Assembly (NCBI RefSeq): GCF_026571515.1 | Contig: NW_026863541.1 | Location: 310,001-374,000 of the forward strand | Length of the DNA stretch: 64,000 bases | Source: Ruditapes philippinarum | Lineage: Eukaryota | Direction of reading: 5' to 3' | Shown: piece by piece, positions 13,861 through 28,005 of the stretch | Numbering within the stretch: the stretch's first letter is position 1 | How the letters are laid out: every line of letters begins with the position of its first letter | Translations under genes and position numbers: made by a program | The notes under the pieces: generated by a model | The model's input: only the letters and a program-made list of their open reading frames with translations | What the model was told of the DNA's origin: nothing | The model's database searches: none

Positions 13861-16800
13861 TCCGGAGTGAATACTTCGAACACCATCACCATTTAATATT
13901 ATAATTATGACCTACAGTTAAACCTCGACATGGTGACCAACTTAAGCGATATGAACTATGAAAATCAATCATTTTATTTACGATAATCAATCAAAGCTCG
14001 CGTGTCTCATATTAATCGATTTCCTACCAGCAGATCGAGTTTCTTATTTAGAACAGAGACTGCCATTTCATTTCTTTCGCTGTTAGAACCAATTTTTACG
14101 GGATAAATGGTCAAACATCAAACATATGGACAATGTATACACATGTATATTAATTCTTATCTATTTCAACATCGTAACATTACTAACATGTAGAAAGTGA
14201 AAGTGGAAGTAACATTATTCTTCACAAGTCACTTGGAATTACACTCTTATCTTATTTACAGGTCCAAAAATCAAAGCCCATGCTTTTCTCAAAAAAAAGG
14301 TGGCAGGATTAAAACTTTCAACGGTAGCGGTGTTGGTTGTTGGTTGCAACCATAACAACCGGAGCAACCAGTAAAGTTGTATAGAACAAGTTCCGACAGA
14401 AACTCATAGTATTCTGACAAGAGTAAGACTCTTAGAGATTTGTTTTTACTTTTTATCTAAAAAATAAAAATATCCGTCTCATGATATAAGAACAGACAAT
14501 TGTTTCTTTTCAAAACTATACAACTTTAATAAAAAAAATTAGAGGAGGAAAGGTCAAGAAACAATACATGAAGAAAAAAGTTATGATAAACTCGCTTGAC
14601 ACACTGGCCGCTTGATGACAGAAAGGCGCGAGTGCGGTTTGGGCGTTCACCGGTATAAGGAGTTGGCACTTGACTTTTAGCAACGGAAATTGGCCCTACT
14701 TCAAACTTTAGATGACTTATAATTGCCACATTTCTAGGATTATTAGCAAATTATCAAACAAAGTGCCGATTTGATAAGGAAACGGTGCACATATAGAATA
14801 CAGTGATACGGTCATATTTTTAGCACAACCACTTCATTTTCGGTGCTATGTGAAAACAAAACAAAAAAAGACCACTAGTCGAGTGCGTTAATTATTTCTT
14901 GATTTAATAACATAAGGAAGTCTTTGATTCGGCTTTCGTTTGAATTTTCCTTGCTCCTGATAATAGGTAGTCTGTTTCAAAAAGGCACATGATTTAATCC
15001 TGTAGCTTGATTAATTTTTACTTGATGTGTAAAGTCTGTTTCAAACAGGCGCTTGACACTAAAAATACAACGGACCTGATGTAATACTGAATTCCATCTA
15101 TCTAACTATCACAAATTGATTTAAATGATTGACCTCAAGAAGGTCAAAATCCTGTTGAAATTTATTTGTAATTATTAATAAATTTTACTCAATAAAACAA
15201 CAATTCTTTGTAACTTCTAAAACTGCTCGGGGTCATTTCAAGAAACTAACATGGCCTGGTCTAATATCAGAAAACATGACCATGAGAGGTATTGACCTTG
15301 ACCACTACGCTACTACTCTCCTTAAGGTGATAACAGTTGACCATGAATTCGGGATGCTTTCTTTCACTTTATTCATTTGCAGAATGAATCAGCCTTTCGC
15401 CACGAGTTATGCAGTTAACATTACAGTACTTTTCTATGAAAGTAAGAACATTTCATAATTACAAAAGGAACGCATAAAATAATATATAACCGACAAATAC
15501 TTCCCTTTCTATGAAACTGCAGACATTATTATAAAAAAGGGACGCATAAAATAATATATAACCGACTACATGTAATACTTTCCTGCTTTTTACCATTTTA
15601 AATATTTATTACTTGCAAGGAATCAATTCCTTCTTAAAAGAAAAGATTGAGCCATCAGAGGGTTTCCGCTGCAGCTATTGTTTTGAAACATGAACTTAGT
15701 ACTATATAGACAACATTTTTGTTGTTTGGTAGACGTCTTTATTGTCCAACACAAACGTAATTTGTTCACCTTTGCGGTTTGCAATCAGAAAACTTTCATT
15801 ATTTGTCATTCTGGGAAAGAACCTGAGCAGACGACAATGCGGTTTTTTTCGCCGGGAGATTGCCGTTTATTGCGCAGTACTTTCGATATTAGTTTTGAGA
15901 CAGTCTACAAAAATATGCAATACAGGTACGTTTATTAAAATGTCAACAAGAGGAGTCTTGTGTTCTGGTGTTTAGCTTTTAATATAAGATTTGCCAGATG
16001 ATTATTCCTGGCTTAACAATAACCTGTGCTTAACATATTTTAAGTTGTACTTGTTATACTAAAGTTTATTGAAAATAAAATAAAGAAAAAAGATTCTACA
16101 TAACCTTTCAGTTCATTCGTTCGTTTAAATAACCTAAATAAAAAATAACTCTAAATCTAACTTATTCATAACTGTATAGCAACAAAGCAGGACATGTTCT
16201 TTACATGGTAGAAGGTTTAAGATGAATTGTATGTTTTGTTAACATACATATAAAATAAGTGTGAAAGTGAATAATGTTTGAACCGATACATTGAACATAG
16301 TTTGTATCATTTATACAAGTTCACACACACTTTTTTCCTTCATTCAAAGATATTTGGTGCACACAAATAAATGTAGAACAATATAAAAGAAATCATGGCA
16401 TGAAAACATTGCATAGTTTCACATCTTTGTCTTGCTTTACAAATAACTCGGATAACTGAAAAGTACCTATAAACCATAAAAAAAGTGTCGCCAGACTGGC
16501 ATTTCAACAAATGTTGTTTATCTATTTATTTATACTTATTGTCTATGTTTTGTGAAAGGTAATCATTAATTTACACTCTTTCATTATCTTTCATCTCGTG
16601 GGTGTGTGGGTGTATTCATACGAATGCAACGGCTGTGTTCATGTTCGAAACTTACAGACATGTGACAAGACAATTAAAGTTTGGACAGACCAGGGCCGGT
16701 TTTAAGGCTTTGTAAATATTGTTATGATTTCATCTTATACCATTTATAATAGTCTCAATATTGGTATATTTTCATTATTTTATTAAACTTTGTTGTCAAC

Positions 16801-17307
16801 CATTTGTCCCGCTACATTTGTATAATGGACTCGCCCAGCTTCGACTTTGGAAGAGTTCATTATAACTTTGAAGGGATTGCAAAAACTAGTTAACATATAT
16901 TAAGCATCAGTGATAAAAACAATTTTTCTTTAGGAAAAGCATACGTGTGCTTTTATATGTTATTTTAATAATGGATATAGAACACGTGAGATGCTTTAAT
17001 ATCACCTGAAGAAAGAATGTAGAACTGAAGGCAATGATTGTCAAAAATCAGTACGAAAATGTAAACAAAGCGATATTTTATCTTCCATACAAAATGCCAT
17101 ATCACTACCAGTGTACTGAATGCTAAAATACAAAAGAAAGAAAGGAATTGGTAAAGCTATAGGACCAAAGATTGAATTTTTTGGGAACTATGGCAGAACT
17201 CATAAATATATTTCGGTTTCCAAAAACAAAAAATAATATCATTTCTAGGTATGCATGGGCCTTTAACATTTAGCAGGACACAGAAGTGAATGGTCATAAA
17301 GGACATA

Positions 17308-17544
17308 TGAGCCGCGTCACGACAAAACCAACATAGTGGGTTTGCGACCAGCATGGATCCAGACCAGCCTGCGCATCCGCGCAGTCTGATCAGGATCCAT
17401 GCTGTTCGCTATCCGTTTCTCTACTTGTTATGGGGTTTGTAAGCGAACAGCATGGATCCTGATCAGACTGCGCGGATGCGCAGGCTGGTCTGGATCCATG
17501 CTGGTCGCAAACCCACTATGTTGTTTTTGTCGTGACGCGGCTCA
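17308..17544. mobile_element. Palindromic MITE family M1
   Basis: 237 bp, near-perfect ~100-bp TIRs. Confidence 0.95.
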
Positions 17545-20500
17545 TATGTACAGACAGATTGGGCTCTATACTGATGACATATGAGAGTCATTGCTTATAA
17601 TTATATATCATATAAAGAATTAATTAAATCATTAATCAAATTTGTAGTTACTCCAAAGTGTAAAATTGTTGGAAGTGACAGAATTAACTTATCGTTCTAA
17701 ATAATTTATCTACGAAGATACAATACAATATATATGATATGCTAATAGTAAAGTTATGCCTATACATGAATTCTCAAATTATGATAAAAATTGAAAACAT
17801 TCGTGACAAAATTTAAAATTTTAAGAAAATAAAACTTGATTTTCTTTAAACTTGTTTATTTAGTTGGGCTATGAAAGATGATATTTAGTCTTATTGACTC
17901 TAGCAGCACTAAGTTTCATAAAAGTAAACATTTATCAAATATCTACAGCACAAAAAGCATTTATACATTTACCCGCATCGTCTAAATGAAAATAAAATCT
18001 GATATGATACTTAGCTCACATTTATTTCATAGCTATAGTTCAAATGTGGTTTTATTTTCCCCTACATTTTTCCCAGATTGATTTCCTTTCTTAAACAGAA
18101 TTATAAAAAATTGTCGGGGTTACACTTTATTATAAAAGAAACGAGCGTGTTTCTTGTCCATAAAATTCCCGTTTATTTATTTTTTATAACTTTTACAATA
18201 ACTAGAAATGTTGCAATAAAATTCCCTACCCTCACCCCTCTAGTCTCAATAATACACATCAATACTTACATGAAGACAATTTCATGCTTTTTTATTGCTT
18301 CAGAAATCATTTGAAATTCGTTTAAAACATGTTGGGCTATCAAACTATCGTACGGATACCCTACAACATTTGATGAAAATCGCATAAAATTCTCATACCC
18401 TGACGCTATTGTCATTATTATACTTTATGGCTGTAAAAACTGCTATTTTGATATAAAACGGACCATTAAAGGGAGACTGAGGAAACCGCTTGAATAATCG
18501 TACGGATACTCTATACTTAAACAAGTTGAAAACTTGTCGCATCCACAACAAAAGGCTGACCCTATTACGGATAATTTAATTATTATTTGGCCAAGATATG
18601 CGACCAGATATTCTAATTATACTATCTTTCGGACAAGAAATCTTTAGTCTAGAATAATTACAAATTCACTCCCAGAGTTGATATAATTTCTAGATACGGA
18701 TGTTATAAAACGTGTGGTCTTTCGAATATGACATTAATTGTATCTTTTTTGTAACCAAATATAACGAACGAGGAGGGACGGGGCAGGAAATGATGAGTGT
18801 TTTCTTCGGAAAATAAGATCTTACGTTTGGCAAGAAATTACCGTGCTATTAAACCAGCGTTTAATAATATCTCCTGTGCAATGTGAAAATAATTTTGAAA
18901 CAATAAAGTTTACGATCTATCACACAAATAATAATATTTAATCTATCCGGATTTTAAAAAATGGTAAAAAGGCATACGCAACGAAAACAAACTGACAAAA
19001 ATGAAAACAGGGTGAAATGTGATTGCGTAATCGTATCATCCATGATTATTTAAAACGGATGCAAAATTTTCTGTTTTTTTTTGCGTTTTAATTCAATATA
19101 TTAAAACCATTCATCTCTATAGATTTATGAAATTTTATATCTTGTGCCTATTTCCATCATATTATTAATTTCCCGTTCTAGGATGTCTATTGAAATACAT
19201 TTTTGCGTGAATAAACTTGTCAGATAAATTTCTTTTCTATGTAGAGTATCATTTAAAATGCACAGAAAAAACACATATTTTTTCAGAATTTTACATATAA
19301 ATTGAGGTAATAAATAAACAAACTTATGGTTAAAATTAGAACATATTTCATAGAACTAATAAAAAATACAATTTCCAAACATTTTCTCGTAATAAAATAT
19401 CAACAGAAAAGTTCCTTATTACTTTTTCTTATTTTAATAATTATGAATTATGTTGACATGTATATCTTATTAGAAAATAGCAAATTAAAACCAACTGTCA
19501 ATGATTTGATTTTTTTTTCATTGTCTTGTATATATGCTGTTATTATGTCATCATGGGCTTATAAGCCTTATTTGATTGAAATAAATGTCTTTCTGTTTTT
19601 TGCTGCTTTTTTTTCATAATGATTGTTATATTGTTGAACATATTCTTTTTCTGTTTTTCATATTTTCTAGATTAACACTGCATTACATTAAGCTATTCTT
19701 TTATTTATTTTCTTCCACAATCAAACTATATTGCACAATATATTCGTTTCTTTAAATTCATATGTCCACTACTTTATACATAACATCTATATTTTTTGGC
19801 TTTCTTTTTACATATGTCCATAGTATTGCAAATCAAACATCCACTACCCCTTTCCTCAGATATCTTTTGTTTATTGTTTATTTATTTATTTATTTTATTT
19901 ATTTATTTACAAAACCTTCTCAAGACATACGACATATGCAAGATACATGTACATAAATTTTTTTTTTTTCATTTTTCTACATTCCACTTGCATTTATATA
20001 TTATTTATACACAAACCGTCGCTTATATCATTCAGTTATTAGAAATGTAAATATTTTTTTTCACTGATTAAGCGATGATTTTTTTTTTTTACTAATTTCC
20101 TCTTTGTATATTAAAATCTCAACATTTAATCGCTCTCTTGAGATGTCTTGTTGAAAAATTCTATTGTCAAGATTCCTCGTTGTGCCCACTCGTTATACAC
20201 TTCAATTTTCATACTTCATTATAAAAGGAACTATTAAAACTAGTCATTGAGCGTCGCTGTTTCTATTTTACAACAATTATTTCAGAAAATACATTTATTT
20301 ACACAGACTCGACTTTATTAAAGTAAGGGAGTGATGAGCGCATACACTTCACTTAAAAACTCGGACAAAAAAATTAAAACACATCAAATGTGTTGGAAAA
20401 GGCAGATTGTACTTTAATGGGTTTTTTTTCTATATAAGATAAATATAACATTTAGAATGAAAAAAGAAAATGTGTGCATTTATATTGAATTAAATCGTCT

Positions 20501-20752
20501 ATAAAATGATAACATTTCACATGTATCGGTGTTAATTTCATGTTTTATAATTCGATATGTCCCGATAATTGAGGAAAACCTTGGTAAAATATATAACACT
20601 ACAAGTGAGATACGTAATAAAGTATGTACCGAAATATACATTTATCATTACAAAAGAATAAGTATTGTATCTGCATACAAAACGCATTAACGAAAAAACT
20701 AATTAAAATCTTTGTATAGACTAGTAATAAAAAATCTTTTTTTCCTAATTAC

Positions 20753-21534
20753 CTGTTAACAAAGCCATGCTGTTGTGTTGGGGTTCTATCACGTTGGCGG
20801 CGGTTTTTGAACCAGTTACTGACCTGGGTAAGTGTAAGACCTGTCTTTTTAGCCAAATTCCGTTTCTCGTCCGGAGTCGGGTACCTATTTGCTTTATAGC
20901 AGTCTTTTAAAGCCTGGCGCGATTTTTCTTTAAAACAATACACAGTTTCTTCGCCGTCCCATATTGTTTTTGGCAAGGGGTATTTCCTACGGAGTCTATA
21001 TTTATCTACGGCACCCAGAGGGCGCCCGCGAATTTTCTGAGCTTCCATATAGTGGGCTTTATACCACAAGTTCTGTAAAAACGCATGATTAGATGTATCG
21101 AATGTGTGACTTTCTAATATCGCATACAGTTCTCGATAACTTCCCCTATGAAAAGCAACAGTCGCTCGTGCCTTAAGCACAGCCTCACTTCCGCGTAAAA
21201 GCTCACTCGGAGGTAAAGACCACAGGAAACGAGCAAGTCTATCTATGTCACCTTTTTGCTGAAGAGCTTCGCATACACACGCAACCTGCTCAGGAGAAAA
21301 AGTCAAATTTTTGCCATTCGGAATATCTTGGTTTGAGCCGTTGGGAGACGGCGCCGAAGAGTCAGAACAGTGGCTACTGTCACCCCCTGAGCCTGTTGTA
21401 GTATCACCATTCATTGTGTCACTCGGGGCTCCTAAAGTCACCAGATCTCCACCTGTAGGGGGTAAAGTGCTCCCGTTACATACCGGCGAGCCAGGGTGCA
21501 CTCGTGTATCCAAACCGCTAGAATTTAACTCCAT
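20753..21534 (-). CDS. Six4/5: Six4/5-class SIX homeobox transcription factor, first coding exon (N-terminus, SIX domain, homeodomain)
   Basis: ORF encodes a SIX domain ([30 protein letters not shown]...[21 protein letters not shown]) and a K50 homeodomain ([11 protein letters not shown]...[14 protein letters not shown]). ETVY is diagnostic of the Six4/5 subclass. Splice donor CAG|GTAATT after 20753 (phase 2); the ORF-track stop TAA lies inside this donor. Confidence 0.96.
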
Positions 21535-21640
21535 GTTTACACACTCACAAAAAAAATCTATTTGAAATATGACGAGTTTTTAGACATGAGCTTGAATTCT
21601 ACCCCAAAATATATATAAAATTTATGCTACTGCAATGAAC

Positions 21641-21754
21641 TCACTGAAGCTTAATAGATAATGTTTACTATATAAATGATCGCACCGCTTTATTACGCTG
21701 CTATTGGACGCGAAGCTATTAAAGGCCGTGCGAATCAATAGGAAGTGGGCGGAG
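21641..21754 (-). promoter_or_regulatory. Core promoter of Six4/5 (Inr, TATA, CCAAT, GC box, ETS-like site)
   Basis: Minus strand: initiator TCAGT with A at 21645; TATATAG starting at 21674 (-29); CCAAT at 21707-21703 (about -60). Plus strand: GGAAGT 21741-21746 and GGGCGGAG 21747-21754. Spacing is canonical and gives a ~110-nt 5' UTR. Confidence 0.7.
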
Positions 21755-22397
21755 CTTTCTTGAAAAGATATGCGCTGCTACAATAATAGATTAATGTGAG
21801 GCTGGTACAAAATTACTATACAATATAGGAGATAGCTTTGACATATATTGTACGGAAAGAGATAAAATCGCACTTCTCTGCAGACGTTAGGTCAAATACA
21901 AGGTCTTTATGGTGGGTTCTGGACATTGTCTTTACAATTACAAATTTATTAACGTATTTTCTCAGCAAAAGATGTCAGTAAATATTTACTTTTGAAAATA
22001 AAAAGTACATCGAAAATTTAGAGAAAAAATATTGATTTATTAGACGGAAAAAAAGATAAATATATATAGTGTGGTATGTAAATAAATGAGTGTTTTCTAT
22101 TCGATAAATTTGTGTAATGCAACTATTATAGTAAAATAAAAAAAACAGCAATGTACCTAAACGTAAATGCTAGACGTGCACATTCCCAAAACAACAACAA
22201 CAACGACAACAATAAAATAGTATATAGCCCAAGTTATTTTTTTATTTTTATTTTTTTAATTTTTTTTTTCTCCAAAAAAAGTATGTCAAGTGTTATTCAT
22301 TCATGTATGTAGAATTATTTACATATAATATTATGAATTTGTAAACATGAATATTTAAAAAGATGAAAAGATAAAATCAGGGAGATATATACATATT

Positions 22398-22527
22398 AAG
22401 TAACTTGTACATTCCAGAGCAGAGGTACAGTGTGAATGACCGTAGAAAGGATTTCATGATCAATCGCAACCTGCACCGACCGAATCAAACCAGGGTCGCT
22501 CGATTCACAATACTAGCCAATTGAGCG
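22398..22527 (-). mobile_element. SINE family B, partial copy ~0.8 kb upstream of Six4/5
   Basis: CCAGAGCAGAGGTACAG...AATGACCGTAGAAAGGATTTCATGA is the reverse complement of 13685-13729. Confidence 0.75.
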
Positions 22528-22567
22528 GTAACGGGCTGTATTGTAAAAATGTAGGAGAAAAATGATA

Positions 22568-22804
22568 TGAGCCGCGCCACGACAAAACCAAAATATTGCG
22601 TTTGCGACCAGCATGGATCCAGACCAGCCTGCGCATCCGCGCAGTCTGATCAGGATCCATGCTGTTCGCTATCAGTTTCTCTACTTGTAATAGGGTTGGT
22701 AAGCGAACAGCATGGATCCTGATCAGACTCTGCGGATGCTCAGACTGGTCTGGATCCATGCTGGTCGCAAACCCATTATGTTGGTTTTGTCATGGCACGG
22801 CTCA
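22568..22804. mobile_element. Palindromic MITE family M1
   Basis: 237 bp, same TIRs; ~0.9 kb upstream of the Six4/5 TSS. Confidence 0.95.
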
Positions 22805-23540
22805 ATTATGAAAAATCTCATAGGTGTTCCAAAATCCCAGGCAGACACCTATCCGGATGTGGACAGTCTGTCCCGGATGTTGGTACGGGCATATCAGTGT
22901 TTCCGCTAGCGTTGACAGACTTCCTCCAAACAACTACATAACTGACGGGTTCATGTCGATACACTCTAGGGTCCAACAATATAGTGATAAAATATAAATA
23001 CTTTATACGTTTTTCCCTTATTGTTTTATATCAATTAGAATTGGTAAATTATACCATTAGAAACTATTAAGTAATAAATTATTAAAACGGACACGTTTCA
23101 TTTGCAGATTTATAAATGTTTAAATTTTAATTGATGTTCACGAAGAGTTAATTATTTTTGCATATTTTAACTGTTTACACATTTTGAGTCGCATACCTTA
23201 CTGTAATTGTTAAGCAATCAGGGCGTTATATGATTTAGTTATGATTTTGTTTCTTTTGTTTATTTTTCAATTTTAAAACCACATCCTGGCCAAACTTCAT
23301 TTGGGCTACCCTTTTTTTTTTTTTTTTACTATTTTCACATATTCCCATCATGTATTGTTAAGTATATACATTATACTTTAAAACCATTCTACCGTAGCAT
23401 TTTAAATTTTCTTCATAATTTTCAAATTTAGATATGAATATAATATTATAAATGGACAGAAAAAAACTACACCGTACCACAAGTTACATAGATTTCCCGT
23501 ACTAAAAGGAATGGATGGTTCTATAATTTGTTCGATCTGT

Positions 23541-23770
23541 TATGGTGTCTGATTTGTGCCATGTCGTATTTTCGCTCAAAGGGGCACCAGCCGAAAACAG
23601 AAAAATACGACAAAAAGATCATAGTATCATAAATATTATCGTATTTTCGTGTTTTCTTCTGGCACCCCGCAGAGCAAAAGTACGACAAAGAGGGCATTTT
23701 GTCGCATTTTTGTGTTCTGTCTGGCGCCCCACGGAGCAAAAATACGACATGGCACAAATCAGCCACCATA
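23541..23770. mobile_element. MITE with ~35-bp TIRs
   Basis: TATGGTGTCTGATTTGTGCCATGTCGTATTTT ... AAAATACGACATGGCACAAATCAGCCACCATA, with internal ACGACAAA-type subrepeats in both orientations. Confidence 0.85.
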
Positions 23771-24918
23771 TTTTGTAGAACAAATTCCAATGACATCGAG
23801 TTGGTATTTGCTATGTATGTATACTTATTCAAGAATAGAAAGTGTATTATACTCGTACATTATAATATTCGTACGTAAACCTTACTTCCTCATTTGAAGT
23901 CTAGTGAATATGTAGTCCAGAATTTACAGTATCATGGGATTTCCCTATTGCTGATTTGTTTGATTTATGAAATTAATGCATATGGAATCAGGTCAAAATA
24001 ATTCGTCTGCAATTATTTTCAAAATTAATATTTTCTTCACAGCGGTTTGTTTGATTAGAAAAATACATGAAAAAGTTTTGATGAACATTATTCTAAACGC
24101 AATGTAGATAAATGTCTCGCTGGCAATGTGCAAATATATTCAATGAGAATAACACCGTGAGGTCTTTTTTCAAAGAAAATTTAATATGAATATTAATTTG
24201 CTTGTAGGAAATTCTTTGTTTTCCAGAACATTTGATTATTCAAATACAAAAGTTTACCTAGAACTTAATCGGTTTTTTTTATTCAATGTGAAATGAACTT
24301 TTATTCAAGACAACTTCCCTCTACCAAGTCGTTGATCTTCTGTCGCGCTGTAGATCTTTGATATCATTTTCCTTAATGTCCTTAAAAGGAACTGTGATGA
24401 GGTTCAAAATTCTTACATAAATCAAGAAGGTCACCTTTAACGGAAAATAAATAATACACCCAGAATATACCTGTAATAGTTTTAAATATGTGATTCTTAG
24501 CCTGATTTGAGTAAAAAGCGTTAAAACACTTTTCAGTTTTGTGTCATTTTTTTACAATAAAAATAAATAAATATTATTCTGTAAAAACAGAGTGAGCGAA
24601 TATTGTGCACACAAGTTATTAGTGAAGACCTTCATAAGTTAGTATACAATTCTAGTCCTATAATGTCAAAAACCCTCAGTGGGATAAACATTTTTTATTT
24701 GTTTGGGTCGTCAGACCAAACAAATAATGGTAGCGATATTTCAGACTCTAATGCTGTTAATTGCAGGTGCCGAAAGTAGTCCGCTTTTTGAAGCGGTTAC
24801 TTCCCTTTATATGTAACACTTAGGCCGAAAAATTTAGGGGAGATCAACAACAGTTAGCGCGGTTACAAACCCTAAAAAGAATAATATGGTTTTCTTCAGG
24901 ACATTAATATATAAATTC

Positions 24919-25080
24919 ACCGTGGCCGAGGTGTTTGCGCGCTCGCTTAGGAAGCGACAGGTCTGGAGTTCAAATCCCAATAGCCTTCGATCTGAAGGTA
25001 ACACTGTTCTAAAACTAGATTTTACCTAATCACCACTACATCACCTGTACTGACTTTCGGACAAGGGATTAGGGAGTACA
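24919..25080 (+). mobile_element. tRNA-derived SINE head
   Basis: TGGCCGAGGTG...GAGTTCAAATCCC A/B boxes without a tRNA acceptor stem. Confidence 0.55.
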
Positions 25081-27635
25081 CATTATACATGATGTTAATC
25101 AGCGTATATTTACTTTGTTTACATGCAATATTTTAAGAAATTTTATACAATTGTAGAAAGCAAACAAGTTGGAAATGGAATTTAGTGTGAAAAGAAAAGG
25201 GACAACTACACAATGTACTTTTTTAAAGTTAAATTTAAACATATGTCACAATCTGCTCTGGCCTCTATATACATCTTAACACCTTGTCAATAAAACAAAG
25301 TTTAAAAAATGCACCAGTAATTGCCGATGATTTTAACAACAAATATTTTGTGTGAGACATAAAATAAAAAACAAATGTATTTTATTGTCTATAAGTAAAC
25401 AGTGTATGTTAAATCACGGAACTCAATTGTCAATTCAGTTTTTAAAATATACATGCAAGCATGCATGTACGTATACATTATTTCTGATAAAATAAATACT
25501 AGAATCGGCATATTTTATTAAGTAAAATAGGAAAAATGCAGAGTTTTGCTTATTCTAAAATTATTAAAGAATTAAGATATTAATCATTAATCTAATACTC
25601 GAAGCACTTAGGTGTATATATTCATGACATCTCCAATCTACGTATTTTACATAGAAACAAAATTCTGTACGGTATATCTGGCTCTTTCATTTTTAGATCC
25701 CAATTTCTTAAAATCATACCATATCAAATCACCATTTCTAATTTTGATAAACAGTGAAACTAAAACAAATTGCCAAGCACCGGCATTTTTCTCAAATTGA
25801 CATGCAGGGAAAGTATTGCCCCGAAAGTTATTTCTTTTATCACCATATCATCTTTATTTTCCTGATGGTTTTAAACCATATCAATCATGCTTTACGCAAG
25901 TTTAACTCCAGAAACATCATTTCCATTGAGAGAAATGTGAATAAAAGTATTCGTAGTTCCATTATGTTGTATAATCTACATGTAGGTTAACCAGTGTCCT
26001 TGTCCGAAACTTATCGATATGTGGCTATTTTTAGAACAGGTCTCTTATCAGTGACGTATACGATGCTTATCTCAGATCGTTCCCTATTACGGCTACTCTT
26101 TCTTTTTCAAATTGTTTAAGTCAAAAAAAAAATTTGATCGAATATCAGTGTTGCAATTAGTCTTATAGCCAATCTACTACAATTAAAACGCTGGAAAGCA
26201 TTGGTGGCACCTGGGACATAAGATAAGGTGGCACTATACAAAAAAAAATTGTTTTATAATCTCACAACCTTCACCTTTCTGACATTCTGAGACCCAAACA
26301 AATTCAGCACCTTCTGTGCTTTGATTTTACAGAGCCGGTGTAAAAAAAAGCGTTTATGATTTCTTTTCAATTTGTGTTCGTTAAAGTTAATAGACATGTA
26401 CATTAAAGTTATTATTTTTCGAAGATGTAAAAATAAAATGTTACATAAGTGCAATGTAACAACCTACGTAGACATTTTACATATACAATCGAGATATAGA
26501 ACAGAACAGAACATGAAAAGTTATAAACAAGTTCAAATCAAGTAACTGAGAGAAAATACTGAGCAAAAATTCTGTTCATGAATAGATTACTAAATGCAAT
26601 TTCAATATGTGTGTGTCTTGTTTACTTTGAAAATAGAAGCTAAATAAATATAATATACACTTAAGATTTGAAACTTAGAGTGAAAAAAAAATAAATTTCG
26701 AGTTTAAGTCTTTCTTATTGAATTTTCATTTCTGCCACTGGATAGACAGAAGTCATGTTTAGATTCTGTGGTGTAGCGATTGTCACCGATTTGCAGCAGA
26801 CGGTGAAAGCACGTGCTGTGGCGTGCTGTGTTTTGACGCATGGGCGTTGACTATGTGTGGCGACCATAATTACCTCCTGTCATTTTCTAACGGTTACCTG
26901 CTACCTAGGTATCAGGTGTGGAAATATCGGCTGTACGTTGACAAATTTGCCGTTCCTTTTCAAATCAAAACTGGCAAAAATGAAAAAGTGTATTGAAAGT
27001 CTACGATAGCGCGTGCCTCCTTGAATGTCAACGGGTTTCAGTGTGAAAGAGCTTGATTAAAATTATTTTTACCTTCTAAGGTGTGTCTGCTGAAAAAAGA
27101 CAAATTATTGCAACATTTATAGATTTTTGAAATGACCGAGGACTGAATTCGAAACTACGAATTTAACCGACATTCAGAGCTATAATGGAATTTTCCTACG
27201 GAAATACTCGTATTCGGCTAGAACATGCAACGGTATCAGTTACATTTGATTAGAAACAATCCGACATTGTCGATTCATAATGAATCAAGTTCTTAACAAG
27301 ATTTGATATGGGTGTTTGTAGAAATTGTAATTACATTTCAAATGATAACGTTGATGTTGTTTAACTAGCATGAGCAGCTTACTGTTCAATTGAAAACATT
27401 TTTAATAGCTTTGTAGAAATGATGACGATTATCACAGGCTATAAACTGGGGATATTTTTGCTATCACGATGATACGAAAAACATCGTAGTGTTTTAAAAT
27501 AAAATTGGATGCTGGACATGCTTAAATTCGTTCATGTCAAACTTATTATCTATGTTTTTGTCATAGATATAACAATTTTATCATACTTTGTTGAAAATTT
27601 GAGTTGCATTTGACAAAATCCGCAAAATAAATTTA

Positions 27636-27707
27636 TAAATAAACAGATAAATAAATAAATAAATAAATAAATAACTAAATAAATAAATAACTAAATAAAT
27701 AAATAAA
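27636..27707 (+). repeat. (TAAA)n microsatellite
   Basis: Direct reading. Confidence 0.9.
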
Positions 27708-28005
27708 ACTGTTCATTTCATATTAGTTTCTGTAACAATTTTCAGAGAAAAATATCACGGCGCTCGCAGGAGTATTGCATTAGATAACATATCCAAAAAG
27801 TTTTTATATTTGTAAATGCATGTAAAAGTCTATGCAATAATAAAATCATTAAAATCATAAGTACTCACACGTATGTACATGAAAGTACAAAACCATATTC
27901 ACTTTATAACATAAGACATTGAATATTTATCATTTCAATAATAAAAACATAAGTCATCCAAAAGCATTAGATGATGATGCATGGATTAAAATTATTTCTT
28001 AACCC

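Noticed and set aside
21311-21565. Antisense ORF over Six4/5, and alternative-frame or antisense ORFs 59983-60201, 60428-60634 and 63662-63958
   Set aside because: Shadows of real coding exons, with no independent support.
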